Position numbers and translations under genes: made by a program. Below the pieces are notes generated by a model. It made no database searches. It saw only the letters and a program-made list of their open reading frames with translations, and had not been told where the DNA came from. From positions 78,120,001-78,184,000 of the forward strand of contig OZ260664.1 of the NCBI GenBank assembly GCA_965285935.1: a DNA stretch of 64,000 nt, read 5' to 3'. This stretch comes from Ophelia neglecta (Eukaryota). Shown piece by piece: positions 51,565 through 64,000 of this stretch (within the stretch, counting starts at the first letter, position 1; every line of letters begins with the position of its first letter).

Positions 51565-54500
51565 TAAGGTAAACCGAGGTACGTTTTCTGCACAATGATC
51601 AAGTCATCAAGAGCTATCAAAATCACTGCCGCTATCACCTCAATCACTGGGATGATTGTGGAGGTAAAGGAGAAAGACTGTTAGGCCTAAGGACATTGGG
51701 GACATATTTGACTTGTGATAACAATGGCAGCTCTCGGGCAGTCCGCCAACTGAAGAAGCTGGTAAATGTACCGTGATCACCTCGCATTGACCAATGTCCT
51801 TCTCTGTTGTTTGCATGGTGTTTCGGCAGCTACTGGGCTTCAAAACTTTAAGCGTCGCAGAAGTGTGAAAAATCACTGCTAGATTACTCGAGAGAATTAT
51901 AAGGCAAAATTACACTGCTCATTTCCAATATGCACTGGACTCCCGTGTAGAACCGAATTATCTTTGCCTAAATGGAACCATAAATTTCAGTCCTACAACA
52001 ACAATCTTTACTTCGATAGCAGCAAATTATTTTGTATCTACACGTAAATTAATAAAATCTAATACTAATTTAAAATGGAGAAAGCTGTTGATAGATGTAC
52101 TAGAATCTCCTCGGTTCATATAAGATCAGCTGATTGAGTAGATTCATTCGCAAATAGCTTGATGATCATTGCAGTTGTTCAGGACTTTAAATTGATCAAT
52201 GTATTTATTTGTAATCACATGTGTTTTGGTATTCGATTTTTTGTTATACTTAAGAATTATTTTGAATACTATTACCAAGCCTGGGGTAGTTTTCTTATAG
52301 TATTAGATAAATTATTATAAGGTCAATTTCCTAATATAATCATAATTATTTAAGAAATTCGATTATAAATTCCAGGAGGAGCTAGTATAATTTGGTAGCT
52401 CCATGACAACATGGGGTTTTTGTAATAAATTGTTATATAAGATATAAATCTAAATAACCTTGGCTCTACGGTACTGGACTTACTTGTTTTGTTTTTAAAA
52501 TCATAAGGGGCACATAGCCAGTCAGGGTTTTTGTGTAAGTTAATTATATTAATTAAAGTTACTTCTGAGCTGGACGAAATCAAAGAGTTAGAGCAAATAT
52601 GTTTAAAAGAACACGGTGAGTGTGTCGTAATGTCGATCTTGTTGTACACGAATTGTATCGGCTGGAGGTGACCTCTGAAGCTAGAAGCGATTGGCATGCT
52701 TTCATTGTGGGATAGATCGGAGGACTGCCATGCCCTACTAGTAATAGATTGACGATGGACCAAACATATGACCTTGATTGGTTTAAGTAAAAACAGATTT
52801 TTAGAAATAACAAGCACGCGAATGATTAGTTCACTTCATTAAACATGTATAATGTTCTGGGTGTAGAGTTGGTTTATTGTTACTGGCCTTGACCTTTGAC
52901 GTTTGGGGTTGGTTGTTTTATTCATTATTTATACTGGCTGGCTGCTTGTTGTTTATTGCTGCCCCCACTTGGTTACCTGACATTCAACTATCAATATCAA
53001 CCTGTGTCGTAACGGTCTTGCTGTAGAGTTAATTTTGGAAGGATTCATCGGGTAATGCATTCCCCTTTACCCAAGATCAAATATTGATACCAGAAGCAAT
53101 AGCAAACGTTATATTTACGGCTTTGTTGAAATATCAGAGCTCAGAATCAATTCACGACCTTGACCTTTAAAACTGATTCTCGAACAAATGTGTTCTTGGC
53201 TTCATGCTGGTACAAACAACTTCGCAATAATTATACTTTTAATTATCTATGTGAACATCTTTATACTGGGTAGTCCTTTATGAGTCCTGTTCTACAAAAT
53301 ATGCCAGTGACCAATACATATCTCATTGCATTCAACCTTGAATAACTTTTTTGTCATGATAGTAACAAGGGGCATGTGTTTCCCTCCTTTTCGAAGACAG
53401 TTTTATAAGCTACCTCCTAAACCAAATGTCCACAGCCACAGCCTCTAGCGTCCACCAGGCGGAGCTGTTCAAGCAACCGGAAGCGGCTTTTATTGTTCTC
53501 CTTATTTAATTCAGTTTCAACGTAAAGACATTTCCTGTCCCCGAGATACAAATACAATACAATATTAACAATAAAAAATTAGGGTTAATTGATTGGAATA
53601 TAAATTACAGTAAAATGAACGTATAAATAATTTAAATAACATCGAGCAATGAATGTAAAGGGAGGCAATAAAAGAATATATTAATGGTACTTAATGCTGG
53701 ACAGTTTTAGAGGCTAGAAGCTGAAGCTCATGGGCCCCTGGAAATGACAGTTCGTGAGGAGAAAACAGGGGCTGGCGCAAGCTGAAGGCCCAAATATTAC
53801 CATGATAATTGTACTATATTTATAGTGTGACAAAAAAGTAGAAAAAAAATTATGAAAAACCCTGGTTGCACAATATCGAAAACCTAAATTTAACTACTTG
53901 AAAGTAATAAACTAATGATAGTAACAATCATAAGGAGTAATCAACAGTAGGAGACATTCTCGTTAAATGAAGGAAAAAAACCTTCTTAGGCCGAACAAAG
54001 CAATTTAAAAATGTAACATCGAGCAAAAGACCAAAGAAAATAATTCGTCCAATGCGCTACAAAGAAGTACTTTTACTAACCACTTTAAATTTGGGCCCCA
54101 CCAAGAACGTGATCCCCATATGAAATATTATAAGTGACATTGGTAAAAGTCTCAAGGAAATGCCATAGATCTAATACCTACGAATCGAACAATTATAAGT
54201 AAAAACCTTAGATAGACTGTTGAAAAATAGGGCACCCTGAAAAGTTAAACCACCTTTCAGAATATTTGATTTTGCTACCGGGAGAGCCTGTCGTGTTCTA
54301 TTATTATGAATATTGACGTTAAAACAAAATCACAGAATGATTTTGAGTATTTGGATCTCCATGTGAACATTATGAAAAAGCCCGTGAAAACCTTGACCGA
54401 ATGTATCAAAGTTTGTTTATCTCAATCCCATCCACAATACTCATCTTTTTGTTTAGACTTCTAATAAACGGTGTATGTTCTTTCCATTAATAAATGCATT

Positions 54501-57034
54501 ACTGTCCAACTTTGTGAGGATACTGCTCTGCAAAGGAATCTACGTTTAGGTACAGTGTTTGCAAAATGATGACAAAGCTTGTTTGGGAGGGGGGGGGGGG
54601 GTTCACAATAAATTGTATGGTTTATGGGAGGTTTGTCCGGCAGAGGGGCAGGGTCTGAAAAAGGTGCCCGTTTTTATATATATATATACGACTATAGAAT
54701 ATAACTTTTCCACTCAAAAGTTATTTTTTTGAGTGGAATAAAAATGTTTCCACTCAATACGCAATTCACACCTCTGTTAGTAGTGCAGGGAAAAATCTAA
54801 TCAACTTGGTGGACGACGTGTATGTTTTGATTTCGATGTTCGTTGCTTTGGCTTCATGGTATAGTGAACAGAAACTACTTGGTCAGTTCTTGAACTACTC
54901 ACACAACAAACCTGGAAATAAAACTCAACATAACACTGGATCTATTTGCGTAAAAAATGTTTAAATTACCTTTATTTATACATACTTTTGTAAGTTACAA
55001 ATAAACTTAGGACCTACTTAGAAAACTATAAATTTCCTACCATAAGAGTCACACACAAAATTATACATGGGTGCATGGGCTAGTCAACATTAAACGTGTT
55101 ACAGTCAATCAGCCTTCCACATTTAACTTTACAGGTATTCAACATTGTTCAATATACATGATAATTTTCAAAATATACCACTTGGAATGACATTCTAATC
55201 CAACAAGATACTGTGATATCATGAAAATTGTCTCCATATACATCCAGCACGTATGTACAATATGCTTAATTTAAATAAAGACAAACGTTGTTCGATCCTC
55301 ACATAAAATCATACTAGACGAGAGAAAATAACGTTGCTCACACAAATATATAATTTTATATTAAACATCCAATAGTAACATTTCTTAGGTTTAAATCTGT
55401 TGATAATCATAACTTGCAAGCAGCTTTTGTCCAATATTTTAACTTACTGACGCATTCACAGATTTCATAAAATTCTACAATCAAGTGTACGTATATACAG
55501 TGAAATATGGTATCAATGGGAAACAACTTTCCCGCCTAAAATTGCTCATTTTTCCAAGTTTAATGACTTTTTCTTATCATTTCATTATGTTCATAGATAC
55601 AAATAGAAAAAATCAGCTCAGATCAAATAATTCAAACAGAAAGCACCTGGTCACAAAATTGCAACAGCATCCAACTTCAAACTCCCAATAATGTACTGGA
55701 TTCATTCAATTCTGTCTGGACCCTGAGGCCATTATGTTATGTGCAACAGAGGTATTTTCGCTCCTACACAATAATGCTTCTTATTTACCATACCAGTCTT
55801 ATTGCAATAATATGCCTCATGCAAGTATTAATGGCACTTTCGTATATGCCCACAAAAAAACGGCTGATAGGAAATACATATAGCTTTAAATGGGACAAAC
55901 AAGACGATAACACGACGCTCACATTGCAGTCTTTCTGATCGAGTCTCTTTCTTGCCCAGGATGATCTAGCTCAGAGAGTCTGATGGGTGATCCATGTACA
56001 AATGGTGTGAAGATGCTATGATTGGAGAACTGACTGATGACCCACACTTAAATGCATGCTGAACACAGACATTACCTGCACCAGTAATGCTATCTACTAT
56101 TAGGTCCGGCGGGCGAGAGGTCTTTTATCATGTTTTTTCGGTTTGACCACCTTATTCATGTGATAAGATGATATTGACTACAGTAATCCCTCGGCTGCTG
56201 GGTGTCAAATTCAAAAGCACTATATTCTACAGCAGCAACCCAACTCCAAATCCATTGGTCATCAGCTTTTAGTCTCAATAAATAATGAACACAGTCAGTC
56301 TGGAGTCCATGCTATAATCAAGGGGGAGGCTACTGGCTTCCTGGCTACAATCTAGGGGGGGGAGGGAGGGCGTGGTCCGGTAATATCACTTAGTCCTCTT
56401 TTAACTAGTCTTGAATCTTAGTTCACACATCAGCTTGTCCGACATTAATTTTGGGCACACATCTATGAAATGAGATTCCTGGCACATACAGCAGGCCACG
56501 AGAGACATCCTTCTGGTAGGCTGTGGATACCACCTGATCAAGCACTATGCAACCAGCCATAGCCAGTCTGTCTACCCCAAGGAATGACCTTCAAACTAGG
56601 ACACATTCTGTTCAGACTGAAATCCCAGAGATCCCCTACTTGTACATGTCCTTGAGAGGACAGACTCATGTTCTCATGGGCACACACACATCCAGGGGTG
56701 ATAGGCAGAAAGCTTCTCCCACACACACTTGTCTCCGGGTCTCCTTCAAGGGTCCAGCTTCATGGATGATGTCCACCAGACTGGGGTCTAAATGCATGCT
56801 CAATGAAGAGTGGGTGGGGACCAATCCAGTCAGCCTTCTCAACTCACTCAGCTACAGGATCTCTGAGGACCACAGGACATTGGGAGTCGATGTGTACAGC
56901 TTGTGTAGAGCCTCAGCTGTAGGCGTCTATGTACACATTGTGTACACCCTGGTGTATAGTCCTTGTGTTTGTCAGACTGACCGGCTGCTCACAGCCGCCC
57001 GGTGGTACCGATCGGGATTAGTGAGTGGCGCCCT

Positions 57035-60000
57035 CTACTGAGCGGCATGCAGTTCCCACAGGCAGTTGGCCAGGGCGTTGGAGGACTCCACATTGCTCAG
57101 GGCCACATAGGACAGATGCTCCTCGTGACGTTTTATTTTGCTAAAAACAAAGACAGAATGATTGTTTGAAAAAAAAATTTTGAAACTATATTGAGCTCCA
57201 ACATCAAATAATATAACATAAGTAATTCAAAGTAATAAATGTTAATATAGATTAATAATAGTAGAAATTTCATTTAGCAGGCCATCATTTTCTTATAGAT
57301 TAATTTGCTTAAAATCCACTTGATTTCATTTTTTTGGGAGTTGCGTTACAATACTACTGGATGAACATTTGATTTGGTTACTAATGCTGACACGGTCACT
57401 AATTGTCTTTATTAATTACCTTCTGCCCTGTGCTGAGTAGCGAGCCAAGTTGCGGAGTATCAGCGCCGAGGTTAAACGGATGTGTTTGGTCACAGGCCCC
57501 TCCTTCATCTCCTAGTAACAGACAAAGGAACACAGATTAATATAAGTTTATATGTAAATAGCCTGACGACTGGTATGTGGACAATGTTTTGTATCACAAT
57601 CAAATAACCTGATGATAGTTTGCACATGTTATTTTAATGTTCAGTTTCATTCTCCACCAATGAACTGAACTGGGTCAGGTCAATGTTTTGTATCACATTT
57701 AAACTCAATCTCCACCCCTAATTTGAACTGGGTCAGTTGAATCTGAACATGTGGTTACCACTATAATACAGTCCTACTTTGACCAAATACAATTACAGTA
57801 AAACCTGGCCTAGAGGACACCTGACAATTAGGGACACACTGACTATTAAGGACATTGTTTTTAGTACAGTTGTAATACTTTACATGTAAAGTAACCTGTG
57901 GCTGTCCCTTATTGTCAGGTTTCACTGTAGTCGAGTTTCTCTGGCCGGTATTATGTTATTAATCAATTATGGGTGGATGTGGATTATTTGACTGTCAATC
58001 CATCATTCTCGACTAATCTCAGGAACTCGTTTGCTCAAAGCAGGGAGGCATGTAACTTTTTGTTCTTTTATAAAAATAAGGTTTCTTGAGCAATTCCGGG
58101 CCAAAAGCCCTGAGGGAGTGCAATTTAATTTATTTCCCTAAAAAAACTTTTGGCCAAGTTATATAGGAGAGCATTTCTTTAATAAGAACATAAATAAAAA
58201 TGTTTCTGTGCCCTGGATTAGGTAAGGCAGGGACTAAGAAAATCTTTAGTCATTTTGTATGGCATTACAGTTTCATGTGTACATGTCTATTGAATTTGTA
58301 TACTGGTAATCTTTTCTATAAACAGTTGAAAAAAACCCGAAAAATAGTGACATAAATACTGAAGACGGACCGCAAATTCTGGGTAGGGAGGCCTGGCTGA
58401 GAATCTTCTTATGGCTTGGTAGGCAGCATCATTAGGGTAGACAGGGGGTGCCGAGGGCTGGGGAGGCGGCGCCGGGGCCACCTGGGCGGGGGGCGCCGTG
58501 GGCTGCTGAAGTCTCTTGATGGCCGACGCTCGCAGGGCCGTCTCCGTCAGGTGGCGATCCTACACAGGGAATTCAGTCAATTAGAAACATGTTGTACATT
58601 TTGTAAATGAAATTCGTAGCTAACTACAGGCAATCAGTCATCCACTTATTGTCCAAATGTGTAAACTAATAGAAGGTAATCTTCTACTTTCCACAATATT
58701 TAGCCTGGCGAGCCTAACCTATCATAATATACTTGGCTTGTTGCATGGTGTATATTCACTTTAAAAGGAGTATATATATAGTGTTAAATGAGAAAGAATT
58801 AACTTAAAGATGATCCATGATACTGTCCTAGTTTTAACACAAGTCTTGATCTCTACTTATTACAGCAGGTTCTGTCCAAAGGCAGAATGTTTTCTGGGCA
58901 TCTTGTACATACCACACCTGTAGATGGGTCAATATAAACAGTGCTTACCTGTAGATGGGTCAAGAAGGACCACTTTGCCCTGCGTAGGCCATCACAGCCC
59001 TCCCATTGGCAGATCACAAACGGAATGGTCTTGTGGAAATGTTCAGCTAAAGCATGGAGGCTAACTGCCGACCACGTCTCAAAACACCTGCAAACATACC
59101 CAGTAAATGTGTTAGTCACGCCAGTATCATAGTGTATTAAAGCAGAAGACGAAAAAGGAACACATGCCCCCACCAATGGGAATGAATAGTATATATGTCT
59201 GTTAGACCGTCCACTCCAAACAAAGTATTAATAAAATTCCAACCATATCAAAGTAAAATGTTTATCTTCAAATCCATTTGCAATGCACAATTACAAAGCT
59301 GCACACAAACTTTGATGATTTTGTTTAATACCTTCAGAAGTATTGGTCATTTAATAACCTCATAAGTAATGGTAGTAGTGTCCCAAATTCTACTTGGAAA
59401 AAATTTGCCAGGCCTAAACACGACATGTATGCAATATGAGGCCCATGGCTCAAAGGGTTGAGAAGTTATAGCTAGTTAAATGTGAGGCCACCATGGGCCA
59501 GTCCCACTACATATCCCACAAAATCTTCTCTAAATAAGATGAGGGAAATATGGCATCAACATTTTTAATATACGAGTTTTATAGCCCACAGACACAATTA
59601 TAAATATTATTACCAGCCTGTGAGTTTAAGTATGTTGAGTATATGTTAAATCTGTACCCACCTGTTACAACCTTTCCAATCACACCAGTATTTGAGAGGT
59701 TGCTGAGGTGGCAGCTGGGCGGCAGCCACCGCCTGGGGCTGCGAGGGAGTGGCAGGAGGGTTGGACTCATTGCCAACTTTACGCTGTCCCTTTTTGATTG
59801 GCACCTTTTTCTTCTTGGCTGACTTTGTAGGGGTAGGTGTAGCCGGAGCCTGGCGTTTTGTGTCGGCAGGAGACATTGGACCTGCCAGGTGGGAGCCTGC
59901 CTGGGAGGCCACCGGGTTCCCTGATTTGGGGGGTATCCACGAGGCAGTAGTGGGCAGCTGGAGCTGTTGCTGGAGGATGTTGTTAGGCCCTGTGGTCTGT

Positions 60001-63000
60001 GAGACCACTACCATCTGAGGCCGAGGGGCGATGTGAGTGAGGGCCTGGCTGGCCAGGGCCTGGCTGGCCAGGGTTTGGCTAGCCAGGGCCTGGCTGGTCA
60101 GGGCCTGGCTGGCCAGCGCTGGGGAAGGCTGGGGTAGTTTCTGGGCAGCCACCACCTGCTGTGTGAAGGTCTGGGGGTTGAGAGGAGCCGTGGCCCAGCC
60201 GGCCTGGGACTGACCCGGAGTCACAGACATGACCACCAGGCCCTGGCTGACCAGGCCCTGGCTAAGGAGGCCCTGGCTCACCAACCCTTGGCTGACTACC
60301 GCGGGCTGGCCGATGATCTGCACCTTATTTGGGATGGATGTCTGCGGAATGCTGCTCACCATAACCTGTCCAGATGGAGTTATCTGAGTCTGGGAGGTCT
60401 GGGCCACCTGAGACTGTGAGGTCTGGGCCATCTGAGCCTGTGAGGCCTGACCAATCTGAGCCTGCGAGGGCTGGACTATCTGTCCAGGAGGACCCTGTAG
60501 CAGCTGGCCCTGGGTCATCACCTGGGCAGCCTGTATCACCTGGCTTTGGGAGGTGTGTATCACTTGGCCACCACTGTTTATCACTCCTGCTTGAAGCAGC
60601 TGACCCTGAATTCCTTGTTGTTGTACTACCATTGGAACTTGCTGTCCATTCTGTTGTACAAATACTACTCTTGGCTGTGGCTGACCTACCATCTGTTGGG
60701 AGTGACTGACTGCCTGTTGCTGATGTCCCACTGCTTGTTGTAACTGCCCTACTGCCTGTTCTGAATAATTAACTGCCTGCTGTGGCTGTCCTATGGCTGG
60801 CTGTGGTTGTCCGATGGCCGACTGTGGCTGTCCAATGGCCTGCTGTGGCTGCCCCATGGCCTGCTGTGGCTGTCCATTGGCCTGCTGTGGCTGTCCCATG
60901 GCCTGCTGTGGCTGTCCCATGGCCTGCTGTTGCTGTCCCATGGCTGGCTGTGGCTGTCCTATGGCTGGCTGTGGCTGTCCCATGGCTGGCTGTGGCTGTC
61001 CCATGGCCTGCTGTGGCTGTCCACTGGCCTGCTGCGGCTGTCCCATGGCCTGCTGCGGCTGTCCCATGGCCTGCTGCGGCTGTCCCATGGCCTGCTGTGG
61101 CTGCCCCACGACTAGCTGTGGTTGGGGAGCTGCCTGAAGTGGCTGGTCCACTGCCATCTGAAGCTGTCCTAGTGCCAGTTGTGGTTGGTTTGCTGGCTGT
61201 ACCAGCTGGCTGACCACCTCGGGCGTCACCACTGGCTGTGATGCTAGTGGCTTGCTTTGAAGCTGAGAGACAAGGACACTTTGGGTGGCAGTCGGCTGCT
61301 CGGGGGCAGGGAAGGCCTGCTGAGATCTAGGGATGAGAGTGCTAGCAGCTGGTATATCCAGAGTCTGCTTCATGGCCACGGCCAGGATGTCTTGAGTAGG
61401 TGCTGCTGCTGTAGGCTGAGCCGGTAAGGCTGCTGGAGTATGGGTAGCCGGGGGCTGCTCCGTGCCGGTCTGCCAGCCCTGGTGTCTGTTATGTGTACTC
61501 GCGTGTACCTGGGTTCCAGTGACAGTGGCGGGCAGTAAAGGCAGAGGGGTGGCAGTGTGGGGCTGGACGGCAGAGGGGGGCATGGTCACACATTGGCCAG
61601 AGGCTCTGAGGTCACTAGAGGGGCCTGATTCAGGATGCTGGCTCAGGGACGCCCCTTCGGATTGAGCATCTTGCTGTGCATTGCCTGGTCCTATGGAGTT
61701 GGCTTTCAGTGAGCTTGTCACTCCCCTGGCAGTATCAGTATCAGCCTGAGGCAGGCTATAGTCTATGTGTGGGGTGTCCGGCCCACCGTTAGGCCTGCAG
61801 GGCTGGTCTGAGGAGGAGGAGGCCGGCGAGGGGTAGCCGTTCTCCACAGTGAGAGCCACCTGCTGGTTAGCCTTGGAGGTCTCCTGCTTGTCCCCTGGAG
61901 CCTTGCCATTATTGTCTTTCAGCAGAGCCACATGGCAGTCACCATTACCTAAGTGATTTTTCACCACTCCATTCAGACCAAACAGCTGTTGTTTGATGAC
62001 TTTACTGTTTTCACTAAGCAGGGCAGAGATCTGTTTCTTCCCTGCTATTGAGATCTCCTTTTTCATTTCCTGTATATCCAGCACAGTTTGTGGTATGAGG
62101 TCCTTCCCTACTAAGTCTGGCTCGTCCGAGGGGGCAGGCGAGCAGAGCCCATTGACCAGCGGCTCCTGGGCTTTGCCTCCGTTCACCCCTCTAACCGCCG
62201 GGTGGTGATTAGTCTCCATGGGTCCACTCCGACTCACCGCGTCCTCGAGTCCGTTCATGTGGCCAGGAATCTCCGAGACATGTCCTAGTGAATTGACTTG
62301 CTCACCAGGACAGCTCCCTGCTATAGACACGCTACCTGTTTCACTAGTTTTTGTGACACCACAGTTCGTATTTCCAGGACAATGAGAAGCACTGGTACAG
62401 CTAGTTTTATAAGTGGTGCCTGAAGATTCCAAACTGGTTTCCTCTTTCATCAAAGGGTTCATTTCAATTTTCCCAGCCAACATTTCTTTCTGCTGGTCAA
62501 CATGCTTTGCCTCTTGCTGTTTCATTGTACTATGGTCCACAGTCTCAGCACTGGCAGCTGTCACCTTTTCCCTGGTGAATGAGGTTGTAGAACTGGCGAC
62601 TGCAGTGACTGTGCAGGTGACTGGGGCCTGCGAGTTGGACAGTGGCGCCGCAGTGGTCATGAAGGGTATCGACGAGCTGGAAACTTGGCTCAACGCGCTG
62701 GAGACTGCAGCTGGCATGTTTGAGACTCCTGTACTCACAAGTGGGGTTGGTGAGCTTGACGAGGACACACTCGTGCTGGTGATGTTGATCTGCAAACTGG
62801 CGGTAGGAGCTGTCGAGCTGGTGCCTTGTGGGACCAATACCTCAGGGCCAGTGTTTGCAGTATTCACACAGCTAGACGAGCAGAGTGGGTCTGGTTTGAC
62901 TTGTGTACAATTGTCAGTAGCTGCCACTTTTGGTTCGACAGGTGTTGGTGAGGAGCTGGCTTTCCTCTTCTTAGCACGTTTCTCGGGTGGCTGATGCTGG

Positions 63001-63888
63001 ACTGTAGTGGTATTTGGCGTAGTTGTCAGTGCTGGGTGAAGCTGACCTTGTCCTACGGTGGCAGGAGCAGACGACAGACCCTGCTGTTGTTGCTGGTGTA
63101 ATCTGTGCATGTTTTGAGTGACCTTGTTGGCCAGCAGACTCTTAATGAGGTTTGAGTCGGGTGGCTTGTTGCTGGTGGGCGAGTTAGGCCCCGGTGAGCC
63201 CGGCTGCTGGGGTACTCCGGGCCCGGGCTGGTTTAGCAGGGCTTGTTGGATGGTTGGGTAGCTGGTCGGGCTGATAGGCCCACTGGGCCTCTCCTGGATG
63301 GTCGGTGACATGGGTGGGGAGGCTAGCCGCTGCTGTATGGCTGTGTGGAGCATGCCCCGGGCGTTGGTCTGGGCAGGGACTATGTGACGCTGTGCACCCC
63401 TCCACTGGTCTGAGCTCCGCTGGCCAGTAGAGGAGCCCTGTGCAGGGAGACTAGACACCACAGTAGTACTTATAGGAGGCCTCATCAGGGGCTTCTGCAC
63501 TACCCGACCATCTAAAATGTGTAAAAAGATTGATTAGTAAAAACATTGTTTCATCAGATGGTACTCATAAAGGATATTTAACTACCAGAAAACGATTTCC
63601 TCCCTTCAGTGATCATGCTTGTCTCTATAATGTTAAAATGTAGACACAACATTGTCTTAACTTTATATGTGTTATTGTACAGAATTTTTCCTTTATTTGG
63701 TAAAGCTTAAACATAAATTGTTGCCATATCACTAATCAGATGGCAAGGACAGTGTCTGACCTGAGACTGGTGTGGTGAGAGCAGGGAACGGCAGGGGCAC
63801 ACTGCGTCTCTGGAGCCCCTTGTACTGGATGTCCACTGTACCGTCAGATTTGTCTATTCTTTGGTGCTCGACACGAGGAAATGCTAGC
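57035..63888 (-). CDS. ARID2: ARID2/BAF200 (PBAF subunit), 3' part; the gene continues beyond the window end
   Basis: Exons 63888-63761 (end of the RFX-like domain, AFP...[12 protein letters not shown]), 63511-59662 (Q/P-rich, then YWCDWKGC), 59087-58949 (C2H2 fingers), 58559-58371, 57511-57420 ([19 protein letters not shown]) and 57140-57035 (stop); phases are consistent. The 3'UTR probably extends to the AATAAA near 54971. Confidence 0.9.
57794..57929. mobile_element. pogo-type MITE in an ARID2 intron
   Basis: TA-CAGTAAAACCTG...CAGGTTTCACTG-TA with internal GGACAC repeats. Confidence 0.7.
60775..61110 (-). repeat. Coding 21-bp minisatellite encoding GQPQQAM, about 15-16 copies, in ARID2
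   Basis: CCCATGGCCTGCTGTGGCTGT unit repeated in frame within the large ARID2 exon. Confidence 0.9.
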
Positions 63889-64000
63889 CTGGAATCGATG
63901 AAACTCACAATCAATAAAAAAGCCGTAACAATAAATACTATCTTTAGCTCATACAAAAATAATGAAGTGTACCCAAGATTCTGTACCGCCTACTCCATAA

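Noticed and set aside
52350-52817. 155-aa minus-strand ORF
   Set aside because: No recognisable motifs or exon structure; probably chance or highly decayed repeat sequence.
56547-57041. 164-aa plus-strand ORF
   Set aside because: Antisense to the ARID2 3'UTR with no domain signal.
60782-61213. Plus-strand repetitive ORFs ([21 protein letters not shown]) resembling metallothionein or keratin-associated proteins
   Set aside because: They are antisense readings of the 21-bp coding repeat of ARID2.

Overview
AT-rich, intron-containing genomic DNA from an invertebrate animal; the GT-AG introns, an ARID2 orthologue and the transposon types point to a metazoan, but the taxon cannot be fixed from sequence alone. 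Gene models were built by hand-splicing. From left to right: (1) a 4-exon IRG1/ACOD1 cis-aconitate decarboxylase (itaconate synthase) on the minus strand; (2) two divergently transcribed paralogues about 1.45 kb apart, each with three tandem GPR1/FUN34/YaaH (SatP/Ato) carboxylate-channel-like repeats fused to a C-terminal Sua5/YrdC domain, one with an intact KxR motif and one degenerate; (3) a complete, very young Mag-like Gypsy LTR retrotransposon; (4) a two-exon PhyH-family 2OG-Fe(II) dioxygenase pseudogene that the ORF track misses; (5) a decayed LINE; (6) a dienelactone hydrolase; (7) a type II membrane SGNH/PC-esterase-like ORF; (8) the 3' part of ARID2. Many MITEs and non-autonomous DNA transposons lie between them. 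The best candidate for an undescribed system is a putative immune-metabolic gene cluster: itaconate synthase plus the paired channel-YrdC fusions (3+3 repeats match the SatP hexamer), with NF-kB-like promoter sites, possibly extended by the dioxygenase and the lactone hydrolase. All functional links between these genes are inference.
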